Shown in pieces: positions 17,902 to 27,210 of a stretch of 64,000 bases of DNA. The stretch is from Candidatus Doudnabacteria bacterium (GTDB taxonomy: Bacteria > Patescibacteriota > Doudnabacteria > UBA920). The notes below the pieces were generated by a model. The model saw only the letters and a list, made by a program, of their open reading frames with translations, was not told where the DNA came from and searched no databases. How positions within the stretch are numbered: position 1 is the first letter of the stretch; every line of letters begins with the position of its first letter. The DNA lies in the NCBI GenBank assembly GCA_016218585.1, contig JACRDK010000031.1, positions 65,764 to 129,763 on the forward strand. Reading direction: 5' to 3'. Made by a program: the position numbers and the translations under genes.

Positions 17902-18156
17902 TTAGGGCTTCCTCAGGAAATAGAGATTCAGCGGTACCATGCGGCCGAAAAGAAACCCGGCCTGCTGGTAATGATGGACTTCACCGTGGCTCTTTAGCAC
18001 GTGGTGGAGTTCCAGCACGGTCCGATCTTCGCCGGATCGCGTGGCCACCAGGTACCAACCGCTGTTTTCGTGCTGCTCGATGTAGTCGAGCGTATCATCG
18101 ACCGGGACGACCCGGCCGAAGACTTCATCAGTGCTGTTGCGTCTGATTGCTGTCAT
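17902..18156 (-). CDS. hypothetical small protein; high-GC foreign operon gene 3
   Basis: 84 aa; AGGAGAA SD; GC about 60%. Confidence 0.45.
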   Translation of the reverse strand: MTAIRRNSTDEVFGRVVPVDDTLDYIEQHENSGWYLVATRSGEDRTVLELHHVLKSHGEVHHYQQAGFLFGRMVPLNLYFLRKP

Positions 18157-18165
18157 CGTTTTCTC

Positions 18166-18555
18166 CTATAACACATCCATGGGCGGTGGCGAACTTACCA
18201 CATTCAGACCATACCGCCGTGCAACCATCTTGGCTACCAGAGGGTTTACAGCGAAAACCAAAGCGGTTCCGACAATAAACCCGACTGCTTCCAAGGCGGC
18301 AAAAATGAACCCACCGTCCGGGCCGTCTGAAGCAAAGCCGACAAGGCCTGACAGGCCCAGCAAGGCAAAGCTGCCCAGACTGCCGAAAAAGTACAGGCAT
18401 ACAAACCACACCCAGCTCCTGGTGGACGATTGCCTCCTGTCCATGACTGAACAGGTTGCTTTGGCATGCCGGGCTTCGCCGATATTGCTAATAATGACCG
18501 CGATGGCCACCGAAAGCAGTACGAAACCTAAAACTATCAATACTTCCTTAAGCAT
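18166..18555 (-). CDS. hypothetical 3-TM membrane protein; high-GC foreign operon gene 2
   Basis: 129 aa; GGAGGA SD. Confidence 0.45.
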   Translation of the reverse strand: MLKEVLIVLGFVLLSVAIAVIISNIGEARHAKATCSVMDRRQSSTRSWVWFVCLYFFGSLGSFALLGLSGLVGFASDGPDGGFIFAALEAVGFIVGTALVFAVNPLVAKMVARRYGLNVVSSPPPMDVL

Positions 18556-18711
18556 ACATCCTCCAATTTTGAAATATCTACCCTTCCAAATTCACCTTTC
18601 GACAGGCTCAAGACCTGTGGCAAAATTAGATGAACTTAGAAGGATGAAGCAAGTGGCGCGAATACTTGCTTCAAGTTTAGTGTATGGCCTTCGCGCGGCC
18701 AAGTTGCGGTT

Positions 18712-20559
18712 TTACTTCTTCGGCTGGCGGATCTTCTTGCCGAGTTCCCGAAGCTGCTCGGGGCTCATCTGCTTAATCTCTTCCGTCACCGTTCTTGCTT
18801 CGTTTTGCGCTTCTTCCTTGTCCCGGCGCTGGGTCGAGCGTTCGGTCACCTCGGTCTGGGCCTTAGTGACTTCCAGCGGAAGCGATAGATTGTCGAAGTT
18901 ATGCATCGGGACGATATCTTCGCCGGAGGCGAAGTATTCGATCTTGACCTTGTCGCCCGGCTCCGTTACCGGGAGTTTGTGGAAGTCGGCGCTGCCGCCA
19001 GTGAACAGATGCGGAACGCCTTTCAAATGCACGTAGTACACGGCGCCCGTAGTCAGCAGATCCGGCTTTACCCGGTCCACTGTTCCCTCGATGGTTTGCA
19101 AATCGCGCGTCTTGTCGAGCGCCACTTGTTGGCCGAACTGGGAGAGTAGTTTTTGATAAGCGCGGAGTGCTTCGAACTGGTTGCGGCCAGTCGCGACGGT
19201 CTGGATATTGGTGATATCCACAATCGCGACGCCCTGGTAAGCGTGATTCTCTGAGAGCAACGGAACGACCGATGACATAATGCCGTAGACGTTGTAGAGT
19301 TGCGGGTCGACGCCATGGAGCTTCTTGTACTGGACATCCTGGTTCTTGCTAATCGCGTCTAGCACCGCCTGGTCCGTCCCGCCGCCTTTGGTCTTATACA
19401 ACACCGTCTTCCCAGTCCGGGAGTTAGTGTAGACGAGAGATACGAGCGAGTCGTCCTTGTCATTGCGCGAGGTCAGGCCGGTCACCCAGTCGGGTTGCTG
19501 GTCGGAAGCATAAATCAGGTTGGGGTCTTCGGGTTTGGTAAGGTCTTTCGTACCCCACCAGCTGTTGAGCCAACCGTGCGTGTATTCGCCCCACCAGTCG
19601 AGGTAATTCTTGACGTAATTGGACGGAATAGCGCGGTCGATCCAGTCGGGAATTTCTCCCATCCTTTTGAAATTGATGTCGCCGGAAACTGGATCCACGA
19701 TGGCCACGCCCGTGACCTTTTTACCGCTCCACATGATGGTCGGTTCAAAAGTCGAAACTACCCACCACGGCCGCTGGTTATCGTCGATCTCAAACTGGTA
19801 TTCGGCCAGACCCTTGCCCAGGTACCCGTTATTGCGCAGATGCCGTTCCAAGTTGTTCCCGAAGCAGGCTTCGGGCATGTAACGGAACTGTTGGTCGGAG
19901 AGCAGGATCTTGAGAATAGGTTGCCGATGCGGATCTTCGCCGTGGACCATGATGTAACCGGGTGTCGCCTTGGTGTTGAGCCAGACCGAGAAGCCGGAAA
20001 AATCCAGCGGCGCCACATACCACAGTTCTCCGTTGATCATCTGCAAAGTCATGTGATCCTCGGAAATGACGAACTGGCTGCCGATCGCGCCCGCTTCGCC
20101 GAGGGCTTTCTTAGCCAGGTAGATGGCGTTCTCCCGGGTGGACATGCGCATGTGCTTGGGGTCCTTGGGTTGGACGTCTTGGGTCCACACCCTGGTTTCC
20201 AGAGATCCGATCATATGCTGGTATTCGTCGGCGCGGAACAGGCCGCTTCCCAGAATGAAGCTACCGATATACAACACGGCAGCCCCGATCGGGAAAATCG
20301 CGGCTTTGGTGATATGGGTATCGTAGTCGTCTTCGATGAACGCGTCGATGACGGCGGCGATGATCCAGCAGATGAATATAAACACGCCAGGCACGCCGAA
20401 CAGCGGCCAGACAGTCGAAGGGGTAGCGAGGTAGAAGACAAGCCAAAGAACAATGGCCGAAATCGACCCCTGCCAAACGGCAGCCGTAATCTTCCTTCCC
20501 ATTAGGAGCGGGACGGTTCCGATTGCGGCGCAAATCAACGCTGCAAGAAAGTAAAACAC
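18712..20559 (-). CDS. hypothetical large membrane protein (4 N-terminal TM helices plus about 450-aa extracytoplasmic domain, charged C-terminal tail); high-GC foreign operon gene 1
   Basis: 615 aa; GTG start 7 nt after AAGGAGG. Confidence 0.5.
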   Translation of the reverse strand: MFYFLAALICAAIGTVPLLMGRKITAAVWQGSISAIVLWLVFYLATPSTVWPLFGVPGVFIFICWIIAAVIDAFIEDDYDTHITKAAIFPIGAAVLYIGSFILGSGLFRADEYQHMIGSLETRVWTQDVQPKDPKHMRMSTRENAIYLAKKALGEAGAIGSQFVISEDHMTLQMINGELWYVAPLDFSGFSVWLNTKATPGYIMVHGEDPHRQPILKILLSDQQFRYMPEACFGNNLERHLRNNGYLGKGLAEYQFEIDDNQRPWWVVSTFEPTIMWSGKKVTGVAIVDPVSGDINFKRMGEIPDWIDRAIPSNYVKNYLDWWGEYTHGWLNSWWGTKDLTKPEDPNLIYASDQQPDWVTGLTSRNDKDDSLVSLVYTNSRTGKTVLYKTKGGGTDQAVLDAISKNQDVQYKKLHGVDPQLYNVYGIMSSVVPLLSENHAYQGVAIVDITNIQTVATGRNQFEALRAYQKLLSQFGQQVALDKTRDLQTIEGTVDRVKPDLLTTGAVYYVHLKGVPHLFTGGSADFHKLPVTEPGDKVKIEYFASGEDIVPMHNFDNLSLPLEVTKAQTEVTERSTQRRDKEEAQNEARTVTEEIKQMSPEQLRELGKKIRQPKK

Positions 20560-20936
20560 TTGAGGCCTCCTTTGCCTTGTGTGAGAGCGAGATTAGTTTC
20601 GGAGCAGCCGAAACCGCCGTACCTTGGGAGATACGAACATATTATAATGGCATAAATTGGCTTGTTTGTCAAGATTTTTAGCCATCACAAAAACCCTTTA
20701 TTTTAGGGGGTAAAATTCAAAAAAAAGACACGAAGACAGACTATTAAGGACTGTTTCATTTCTCATTTTAGTACCAGTAACCCGTACCATGTAATACCCG
20801 TCACAGAGCCACGCAAGATTGCCCGAAAAGGGGTGACCGGAACCATACCACGGAGCCTTTAAAAACCACCACTATTTATTGGTGGTTTTTAAAGGAAAAT
20901 AGGAGCTTGAATCTGTTTGATGGTATAATTATATTT

Positions 20937-22001
20937 ATGAAAAAATTTCTTATTACATTTTCAATTGTAGTAGCGGCTGTATTTTTTAGTTACAGCGGTT
21001 TAGCGCAGGCCAAAGACCTTTGCGGCGGGACCGGCGGCAATGGAGAAATTATTAGCTTGGAGAATAACGGCTTCACACTTAAACTTAATGGGGGTGGAAA
21101 TAAAAAACAAAATGAAGGCGATGACCTGATTGTTAGTCTTGCCAATGGAGCAACAATAGAAACTCAAGCCGGTGTTATGCCTTTATCCGCTTTAAAAATT
21201 GGAGACAGAGTAACACTCGTTGGGGATTCACATCGCAATGGCACATTTACCGCGCAAGCTGTCGTGCTCTGCGACAAAACCGGAGAAACAGGAACAAAAG
21301 TAAATGAAGCGGGCGGCGTATTGCCCGTTACCGTGCGAAATCAAGAAGGGAATTATAATATAGTAAGCCGCATAATAAACATAACAACAATAATTATTGT
21401 TGGTTTAATTTGGCTTGCTGCGGTTGCGTTTATTTTACTAAAGAAAAGAAAAGGTCTGGTCTACGCGCTCTTCTTCACCATTTTCTACATTTATTTATAT
21501 AAAGTTATAGACTATACCCTGTTGCAATTTCAATCCCTGCTTTTATTGCAACATTTTGTGCCGGGCTTAATGCTTCGAGGGGTGGAAGCGGGAAGAAATT
21601 TAAATTTGCTGCCGCTGGTCACGCTCACTCCGGAAGACATAAAAACCTCAGCCTTAAATATTTTAATGATGGTGCCATTTGGCTTTGGGCTGCCGTTTAT
21701 TACAAATTACCGTATGAAAAAAGTGGTTATGGCCGGATTATTTTTAAGTATTGTAATTGAATTTTTACAGTTCGTAACAGGATTTATGGCCAACGCAACT
21801 TTCCGAGTAGCCGATATTAATGATTTAATATTTAATACGCTTGGCGTTGCAATTGGCTATTTGCTATTTAAAATATTTATTCGCATATACTGCCGCATAT
21901 ACAACAATTGGAAAACAAAATCCAGCTCCCCTCCCGGCAACTCAAACCGGACAACTGGCATTGCGTCTATCTTGCAATATATTGCCGACCGGTCTAAGTA
22001 A
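20937..22001 (+). CDS. VanZ-family membrane protein with N-terminal secreted domain
   Basis: Signal peptide, C-terminal multi-TM with VanZ-like FGFGLPF..NDLIFNTLGVAIGYLLF; TATAAT just upstream of ATG 20937. Confidence 0.5.
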   Translation: MKKFLITFSIVVAAVFFSYSGLAQAKDLCGGTGGNGEIISLENNGFTLKLNGGGNKKQNEGDDLIVSLANGATIETQAGVMPLSALKIGDRVTLVGDSHRNGTFTAQAVVLCDKTGETGTKVNEAGGVLPVTVRNQEGNYNIVSRIINITTIIIVGLIWLAAVAFILLKKRKGLVYALFFTIFYIYLYKVIDYTLLQFQSLLLLQHFVPGLMLRGVEAGRNLNLLPLVTLTPEDIKTSALNILMMVPFGFGLPFITNYRMKKVVMAGLFLSIVIEFLQFVTGFMANATFRVADINDLIFNTLGVAIGYLLFKIFIRIYCRIYNNWKTKSSSPPGNSNRTTGIASILQYIADRSK

Positions 22002-22062
22002 AGACGGGCAAGCGCAGCCTCAGCCAAATATAAATTTAAGGCCGCCAAATTTAAAACCGGCC

Positions 22063-22266
22063 TTATTTTTTATACTCCAAAATATCCCCGGGCTGGCAGT
22101 CTAGGGCTTTGCAAATTGCCGCCAGGGTTGAAAGCCGAATTGCTTTTGCCTTGCCGTTTTTTAATATGGAAATGTTGGCCATTGTAATCCCGACCTTATC
22201 CGTAAGCTCGGTTACGCTCATTTTTCTTTTTGCCAGCATTACGTCTATGTTTATTATTATTGCCAT
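22063..22266 (-). CDS. XRE-family HTH transcriptional regulator (YozG-like)
   Basis: 67 aa; MSVTELTDKVGITMANISILKNG helix-turn-helix. Confidence 0.65.
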   Translation of the reverse strand: MAIIINIDVMLAKRKMSVTELTDKVGITMANISILKNGKAKAIRLSTLAAICKALDCQPGDILEYKK

Positions 22267-22270
22267 AAAA

Positions 22271-22753
22271 TTAAATAGTTAAATCGTTTTCCGACTTCAT
22301 TTCCACGGCTGTCTGCAAAAGCTTTTCAAAAACGCCGGCGGCAGTGGCGATTACAATAAAAATAAAAGTGGCTACAACACATATGGCAACAAAACCCGCA
22401 GGATCGTCATCTTTAGCATGAAATATCCTTATATATGCCGCTGCCGTAACAATCAAAACGCCCTGTATAATCGCGCAGTACTTTATAGTCCGCAATGCCT
22501 TTACCGAATTTTGTGAAAATATTTTATTTTCTCCGGCAAGGCCAAGCAGTTTGAACGTTTTATACAAAACGGCAAAAAATGGCAATGAGGCAATATATAC
22601 ATACGCCAAAAACGGGTCTTTAAAATAAATTTCAAATAAGGTAGCGTGCGCGTTTCTGCCCTCTAAATGGGGCTCCCAAAGCAAAAAAGCTAAAACTCCC
22701 ATCCCTATTAACACTATTATTACCCGTAAAAATATAGTCGAGGTTTTATTCAT
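22271..22753 (-). CDS. DUF2975-family membrane protein
   Basis: 4-TM 160-aa protein immediately upstream of the XRE HTH gene, which is the usual pairing. Confidence 0.55.
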   Translation of the reverse strand: MNKTSTIFLRVIIVLIGMGVLAFLLWEPHLEGRNAHATLFEIYFKDPFLAYVYIASLPFFAVLYKTFKLLGLAGENKIFSQNSVKALRTIKYCAIIQGVLIVTAAAYIRIFHAKDDDPAGFVAICVVATFIFIVIATAAGVFEKLLQTAVEMKSENDLTI

Positions 22754-22966
22754 ATAATTATTGTTACTAATTCAATACTATTAGCTTAATATATCATTTA
22801 TTGTTTGTCAATATATTTTTATTGTTATATTTTATACTGCTTTCCCCCATTTTATCTACTTTATAAAAATGTTTTCCATAGTTAACCGGAAACTTGCCCA
22901 ATGAAAATTAGCAATGCCAAATATTTTTTGATATAGTTAGCATACAAATTATTAATACAAAAATTT

Positions 22967-23566
22967 ATGAGAAAAATAATTGTTTTGTCTTTTATAACGT
23001 TAGACGGGATAATGCAGGCTCCGGGCGGGCCCGAGGAAGATACTTCCGGCGGTTTTAAATATGGCGGCTGGACTGCTCCATACTTTGACGAGTTCTCCGG
23101 CAAAATTATGGGAGAACAAATGAAGCAGCCGTTTAATTTATTATTAGGCAGAAAAACTTTTGAAATCTTTGCCTCTTACTGGCCGCAGCACGCGGATGTC
23201 TGGCCGGGCATAAACGAATCTGTAAAATATGTTGTTTCCAATACCCTTTCCGAACATGCCTGGGAAAATTCCATTTTTATAAAGGGCGATGTGGTTGAGG
23301 AATTAAAAAAACTTAAAAACCAAGACGGGCCGCACCTATACGTGCACGGCAGCGGCAATCTTATTCAAACGCTTTTAAAAAATGACTTGGTAGATGAATT
23401 ATGGCTAAAAACTTTTCCCATTACACTGGGAAGCGGCAAGCGCCTGTTTGCCGAAGGAACAATTCCGGCGGCCTTTAAGCTAACCGACCATAAAGTTTCC
23501 CCGAGCGGAGTAATTTTTGCCAATTACCAACGCAGCGGTGAAGTTAAAACCGGCACGGTTGGATAA
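22967..23566 (+). CDS. dihydrofolate reductase family protein (RibD C-terminal domain-like)
   Basis: IVLSFITLDGIMQAPGGPEED..GGW signature. Confidence 0.65.
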   Translation: MRKIIVLSFITLDGIMQAPGGPEEDTSGGFKYGGWTAPYFDEFSGKIMGEQMKQPFNLLLGRKTFEIFASYWPQHADVWPGINESVKYVVSNTLSEHAWENSIFIKGDVVEELKKLKNQDGPHLYVHGSGNLIQTLLKNDLVDELWLKTFPITLGSGKRLFAEGTIPAAFKLTDHKVSPSGVIFANYQRSGEVKTGTVG

Positions 23567-23730
23567 TTGCCGATTTCAAGCCTTTAATGCTAAAATAAAC
23601 TAAATTGGATATCGCTTCCTGTCTTGCCCTTGAGACGCCAAAAGGAAGCCCGATTGCAAAACAAGGGCCCCAAATTATCCAAATTAAAAGGTCGAATGGA
23701 TAATCTTATTCACTATTTTAATTCTATTTT

Positions 23731-23919
23731 ATGGATCAAAACAAAGAAGACAAGCTTACTCTTACAGCGGATGAAAGATACTGGCTGGAGAGAAAAGCTC
23801 CAAGACAAAGATGGGATGAATGGGGCTCCCCTGTCGGATTATCCTTAGGTTGGGCTATCTTTATAGTCTCAACCGGACTCTTTCTCTATCTCTTGCGCTT
23901 AGCAGGCTTTCTCCACTAA
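23731..23919 (+). CDS. small membrane protein (hypothetical)
   Basis: 62 aa with C-terminal TM; followed by a good terminator at 23933..23965. Confidence 0.35.
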   Translation: MDQNKEDKLTLTADERYWLERKAPRQRWDEWGSPVGLSLGWAIFIVSTGLFLYLLRLAGFLH

Positions 23920-24075
23920 AGCCGAATGCAAGAAAAAACCGTTCCAATTATATTGGGACGGTTTTTGTTTATACAATAAACTCTCGCCTAGTCCCTATTG
24001 ACTAAACTGTTATAATAATATATTATTCAACTATATGGTTGAATGTAGTATATTAAATTAAAAACCATACTTAAT

Positions 24076-24414
24076 ATGCAATTAACAATTTCACGCAACT
24101 CCAGCTTAGACGCAATATTTAGTTCCCTGGCCGACGAAACCAGGCGGGACATTTTAAACAGAGTTTCCAAAAAACAGCTAAGCGTGGGCGAAATTGCCAA
24201 ACATTATAAACTTACCTTTGCGGCTATTTCCAAACATTTAAAAGTTCTGGAAAAAGCCAGCCTAATAATTAAGCAGCGGCGCGGCAAAGAACAAATTATT
24301 AGAATCTCCCCCGACGCATTGGCAATGGCGAATAAATACTTAGAAACTTATGAGCAGCATTGGGAAAACAGGCTTAATAACTTGGACAAACTTTTAACCG
24401 GCAAAAAATCTTAA
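24076..24414 (+). CDS. ArsR/SmtB-family transcriptional regulator
   Basis: LSVGEIAKHYKLTFAAISKHLKVLEKASLI HTH. Confidence 0.7.
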   Translation: MQLTISRNSSLDAIFSSLADETRRDILNRVSKKQLSVGEIAKHYKLTFAAISKHLKVLEKASLIIKQRRGKEQIIRISPDALAMANKYLETYEQHWENRLNNLDKLLTGKKS

Positions 24415-24425
24415 CAAAAAAATTT

Positions 24426-24683
24426 ATGACAAACAAAGTTTCCTCCGGCACGGTCCACAAACTGCCCGAAGATTTAAAAAAAACCTTACTTTCCAACCCA
24501 AAAGTTTTAGCTCTGTGGGAAGACATTACCCCGCTCGCGCGCAATGAATGGATCTGCTGGGTAACATCCGGCAAAAAGGAAGAAACCCGGGGGATAAGAA
24601 TAGAAAAAGCCCTTTCTAAACTGAAAAGCGGCATGCGCCGCCCCTGCTGCTGGGCAGGCTGCCTTCATAGGCAAAAATCCTAA
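24426..24683 (+). CDS. YdeI/OmpD-associated family protein (DUF1801-like)
   Basis: 85 aa, co-transcribed with ArsR. Confidence 0.45.
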   Translation: MTNKVSSGTVHKLPEDLKKTLLSNPKVLALWEDITPLARNEWICWVTSGKKEETRGIRIEKALSKLKSGMRRPCCWAGCLHRQKS

Positions 24684-24738
24684 GCTCGAATATCTAAATC
24701 CTAAACAAATTTTTAAATATTAAATTCAAATAATTAAA

Positions 24739-24900
24739 ATGGGTAAGGTCAAAATTTTATTTTCAATTTTAGCAATACTATTTGGGATATTTATATTTGT
24801 CTATGGTGGGTATGACGACAGCCCCGGCGCGCAATTGCTGGGAGTAATCGCGGTTATTAGCGGAATTGTGGGCATCATAAGAACAAGAAAAAATAATTAA
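24739..24900 (+). CDS. small two-TM membrane protein (53 aa)
   Basis: Not in the ORF track (<60 aa); ATG at 24739. Confidence 0.3.
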   Translation: MGKVKILFSILAILFGIFIFVYGGYDDSPGAQLLGVIAVISGIVGIIRTRKNN

Positions 24901-24951
24901 CATCCGTAAAAAACGGATTTATTAGCCTAGGCCGGCTAAAAAGGAAAAAAT

Positions 24952-25434
24952 ATGGAACCAATTAAACAAGTAACTTTAGAAAAAACATATGACGCTTCGC
25001 CGGAAACAGTTTGGCAAGCCTGGACCAAACCTGAAATGTTAAAACAATGGTGGGGTCCGGACAATGTTACTATCCCCCAGTGCGAAGTTGACCTTAAGGT
25101 TGGCGGAAAATTTTATATTGTTATGGAGGCCGGGGAAGGAATGGGTCCGTACAAAGGAACCCTCTGGCCAATGGAAGCCCAGTTTACTGTTGTTGAGCCT
25201 AATGCCAAACTCAGCTATACCGCGCAGGCCTGGACCGAAGGCCACAAAGAAGAAACTACCATAGAACAAACCACGGAAATTACTTTTACCGAGGAAGCAA
25301 ACAAAACCAAAGTCAAAGTTATTGCCGCTATTTATAAAGCAGGCCCGGGCGCAAAAATGGCCGCGGAAGGAATGCAGTACGGCTTTACCCAGCAGTTGGA
25401 AAAACTTATCGCTTTCTTGGCCGGGAAAAAATAG
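24952..25434 (+). CDS. SRPBCC (AHSA1/polyketide-cyclase-like) domain protein
   Basis: 160 aa; common partner of ArsR regulators. Confidence 0.55.
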   Translation: MEPIKQVTLEKTYDASPETVWQAWTKPEMLKQWWGPDNVTIPQCEVDLKVGGKFYIVMEAGEGMGPYKGTLWPMEAQFTVVEPNAKLSYTAQAWTEGHKEETTIEQTTEITFTEEANKTKVKVIAAIYKAGPGAKMAAEGMQYGFTQQLEKLIAFLAGKK

Positions 25435-25513
25435 AAAATTTTTTGTTGGCAGACTCGCATAAATTTGTTAAGATAAATCTCCAAGAATAATAACTAATAT
25501 AGGAGACCAATTT

Positions 25514-25990
25514 ATGACTAACAAAGAATTCTTCCTTAAACTAATAAAAGAAGAGGCTCCAAAATTCCGAGTCGCCATAGACGCCTTGCCGGAAGACAAG
25601 CATACGCACAAAGTCCACGATAAATCCCGCGAAGCCGGAAACATTGCCGCCCAGCTTGCTTTGCAATGGAAAGCCATTTCCGGTATTTTAAAAAACGGCG
25701 CGCCGGATTTTAACCCCCACGAAATGGGTCCGCAAAGCAAAGCCGATATGCTCGCCAAGTTCGACGCAGGCATGGCGGAATTGCAAAAAGATGTTGCCGC
25801 GGTTTCCGAAGAAGATTGGGACAATGGCGATGCCAGCATGGGTGAAATGTGGAAAGACAAAAAGTATAATATGGCCTGGGGTTTTTTGTTTGACGCCATT
25901 CACCACCGCGGACAATTAGCTACTTACCTTCGAGCAATGGGAGCTAAAGTGCCTTCTATTTACGGCCCGACCGCCGACACCGAAAGCTAA
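25514..25990 (+). CDS. DinB/YfiT-like family protein
   Basis: 158 aa with His-rich four-helix motif (HHRGQ). Confidence 0.5.
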   Translation: MTNKEFFLKLIKEEAPKFRVAIDALPEDKHTHKVHDKSREAGNIAAQLALQWKAISGILKNGAPDFNPHEMGPQSKADMLAKFDAGMAELQKDVAAVSEEDWDNGDASMGEMWKDKKYNMAWGFLFDAIHHRGQLATYLRAMGAKVPSIYGPTADTES

Positions 25991-26007
25991 TAGTAATATT
26001 ATAGAGT

Positions 26008-26036
26008 AAAACCGCCAGCGAAAGTTGGCGGTTTTT
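26008..26036 (+). terminator. rho-independent terminator (CCGCCAGC-GAAAG-TTGGCGG then T5)
   Basis: Stem-loop then TTTTT. Confidence 0.55.
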
Positions 26037-26100
26037 GATATAATACTATATAGGCATATGTTTTAGCGCTTAGCTAATTGCATTCAACAAATAAGAACAA

Positions 26101-27201
26101 ATGGAAAAACAGATTACTTTAGAAGAATTAGGTTACAATGAATTTTTTGAATCCAACCGAAAAAAACTTGGTTGGGAAGTTTTTTCCGTTGCCCGCGTTA
26201 CTTCCGAACATCGCGGCGCTTATAAAGTTAAAGACACCGAGGGAGAATATTTAGCAAAAATTACGGGAAAACAAATGTTTAATGCCGCTTCGCGGCAAGA
26301 CTTCCCTGCCGTCGGCGACTGGGTGGCCATAACAAAACAGGATGAAAAACAGGCTGTTATTCAGGGCATTCTGCCCCGGGCTACCATAATCCAAAGAAAG
26401 CACGGCGACAAAAATAAAACCGGCGGCAAAGATGAAACCCAAATTATCGCCACTAATGTTGACGTGGCTTTTATAGTGGAATCGGTTAACCGGGACTTTA
26501 GCTTAAACCGGTTTGACCGGTACTTTGCCATTGCCCAGGCTGGCAAAGTAAAACCTGCAATTATTTTAAACAAAATAGATTTAATTCCCCAACCGGAGCT
26601 GGAGGAAAAACTAAACCAGCTAAGGCTGCGCTTTCCTGAATCAACAATTATTTCAACCAGTACCACCAGCCAGCAGGGCTTAGCTGAACTTAGAAACCAC
26701 ATTGAAAAAAACAAAACTTATTGTTTTTTGGGTTCTTCGGGAGTTGGCAAATCTTCTTTAATTAATTTGCTGCTCGGGCGGGAGGTTACGGAGACTAAGG
26801 ACATTAGTTCTTATTCAGACCGCGGCAAACACACCACTACGGTAAGGCAAATGTATTTTTTGCCGACTGGTATTGTTATAGACAACCCAGGCATGCGCGA
26901 AGTTGGCTCGGCAGACGCGGACGAAGGCCTGGATGACTTATTCGAAGAAATAAACATTCTCGCCGCGCAGTGCAAATACGCGGACTGCACGCATACTCAC
27001 GAACCCGATTGCGCTATTTTAAATGCCATACAATCCGGCGAACTTGATAAAGAAAAATACGATAATTATTTAAGCTTGAAAAAAGAAGCTCAGTTTTATA
27101 AAAAAACCAGCTACGAAAAAAAGCAAAAAGACCGAAACTTCGGCAAATACTTAAAAAAAGCAAAAAAAGACCTAAAAAAATTTGGGCATAAAGATTATTA
27201 A
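26101..27201 (+). CDS. rsgA: ribosome small-subunit-dependent GTPase A
   Basis: Circularly permuted GTPase: NKIDL (G4) before GSSGVGKSSLIN (G1); C-terminal zinc finger CKYADCTHTHEPDC. Confidence 0.85.
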   Translation: MEKQITLEELGYNEFFESNRKKLGWEVFSVARVTSEHRGAYKVKDTEGEYLAKITGKQMFNAASRQDFPAVGDWVAITKQDEKQAVIQGILPRATIIQRKHGDKNKTGGKDETQIIATNVDVAFIVESVNRDFSLNRFDRYFAIAQAGKVKPAIILNKIDLIPQPELEEKLNQLRLRFPESTIISTSTTSQQGLAELRNHIEKNKTYCFLGSSGVGKSSLINLLLGREVTETKDISSYSDRGKHTTTVRQMYFLPTGIVIDNPGMREVGSADADEGLDDLFEEINILAAQCKYADCTHTHEPDCAILNAIQSGELDKEKYDNYLSLKKEAQFYKKTSYEKKQKDRNFGKYLKKAKKDLKKFGHKDY

Positions 27202-27210
27202 ATAAAAAAA

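Noticed and set aside
19495-20505. 336-aa plus-strand ORF, with several 60-90-aa ORFs on both strands in 18900..20530
   Set aside because: Shadow ORFs inside the high-GC 615-aa membrane-protein gene; Arg/Gly/Pro-rich composition typical of wrong-frame GC-rich DNA.
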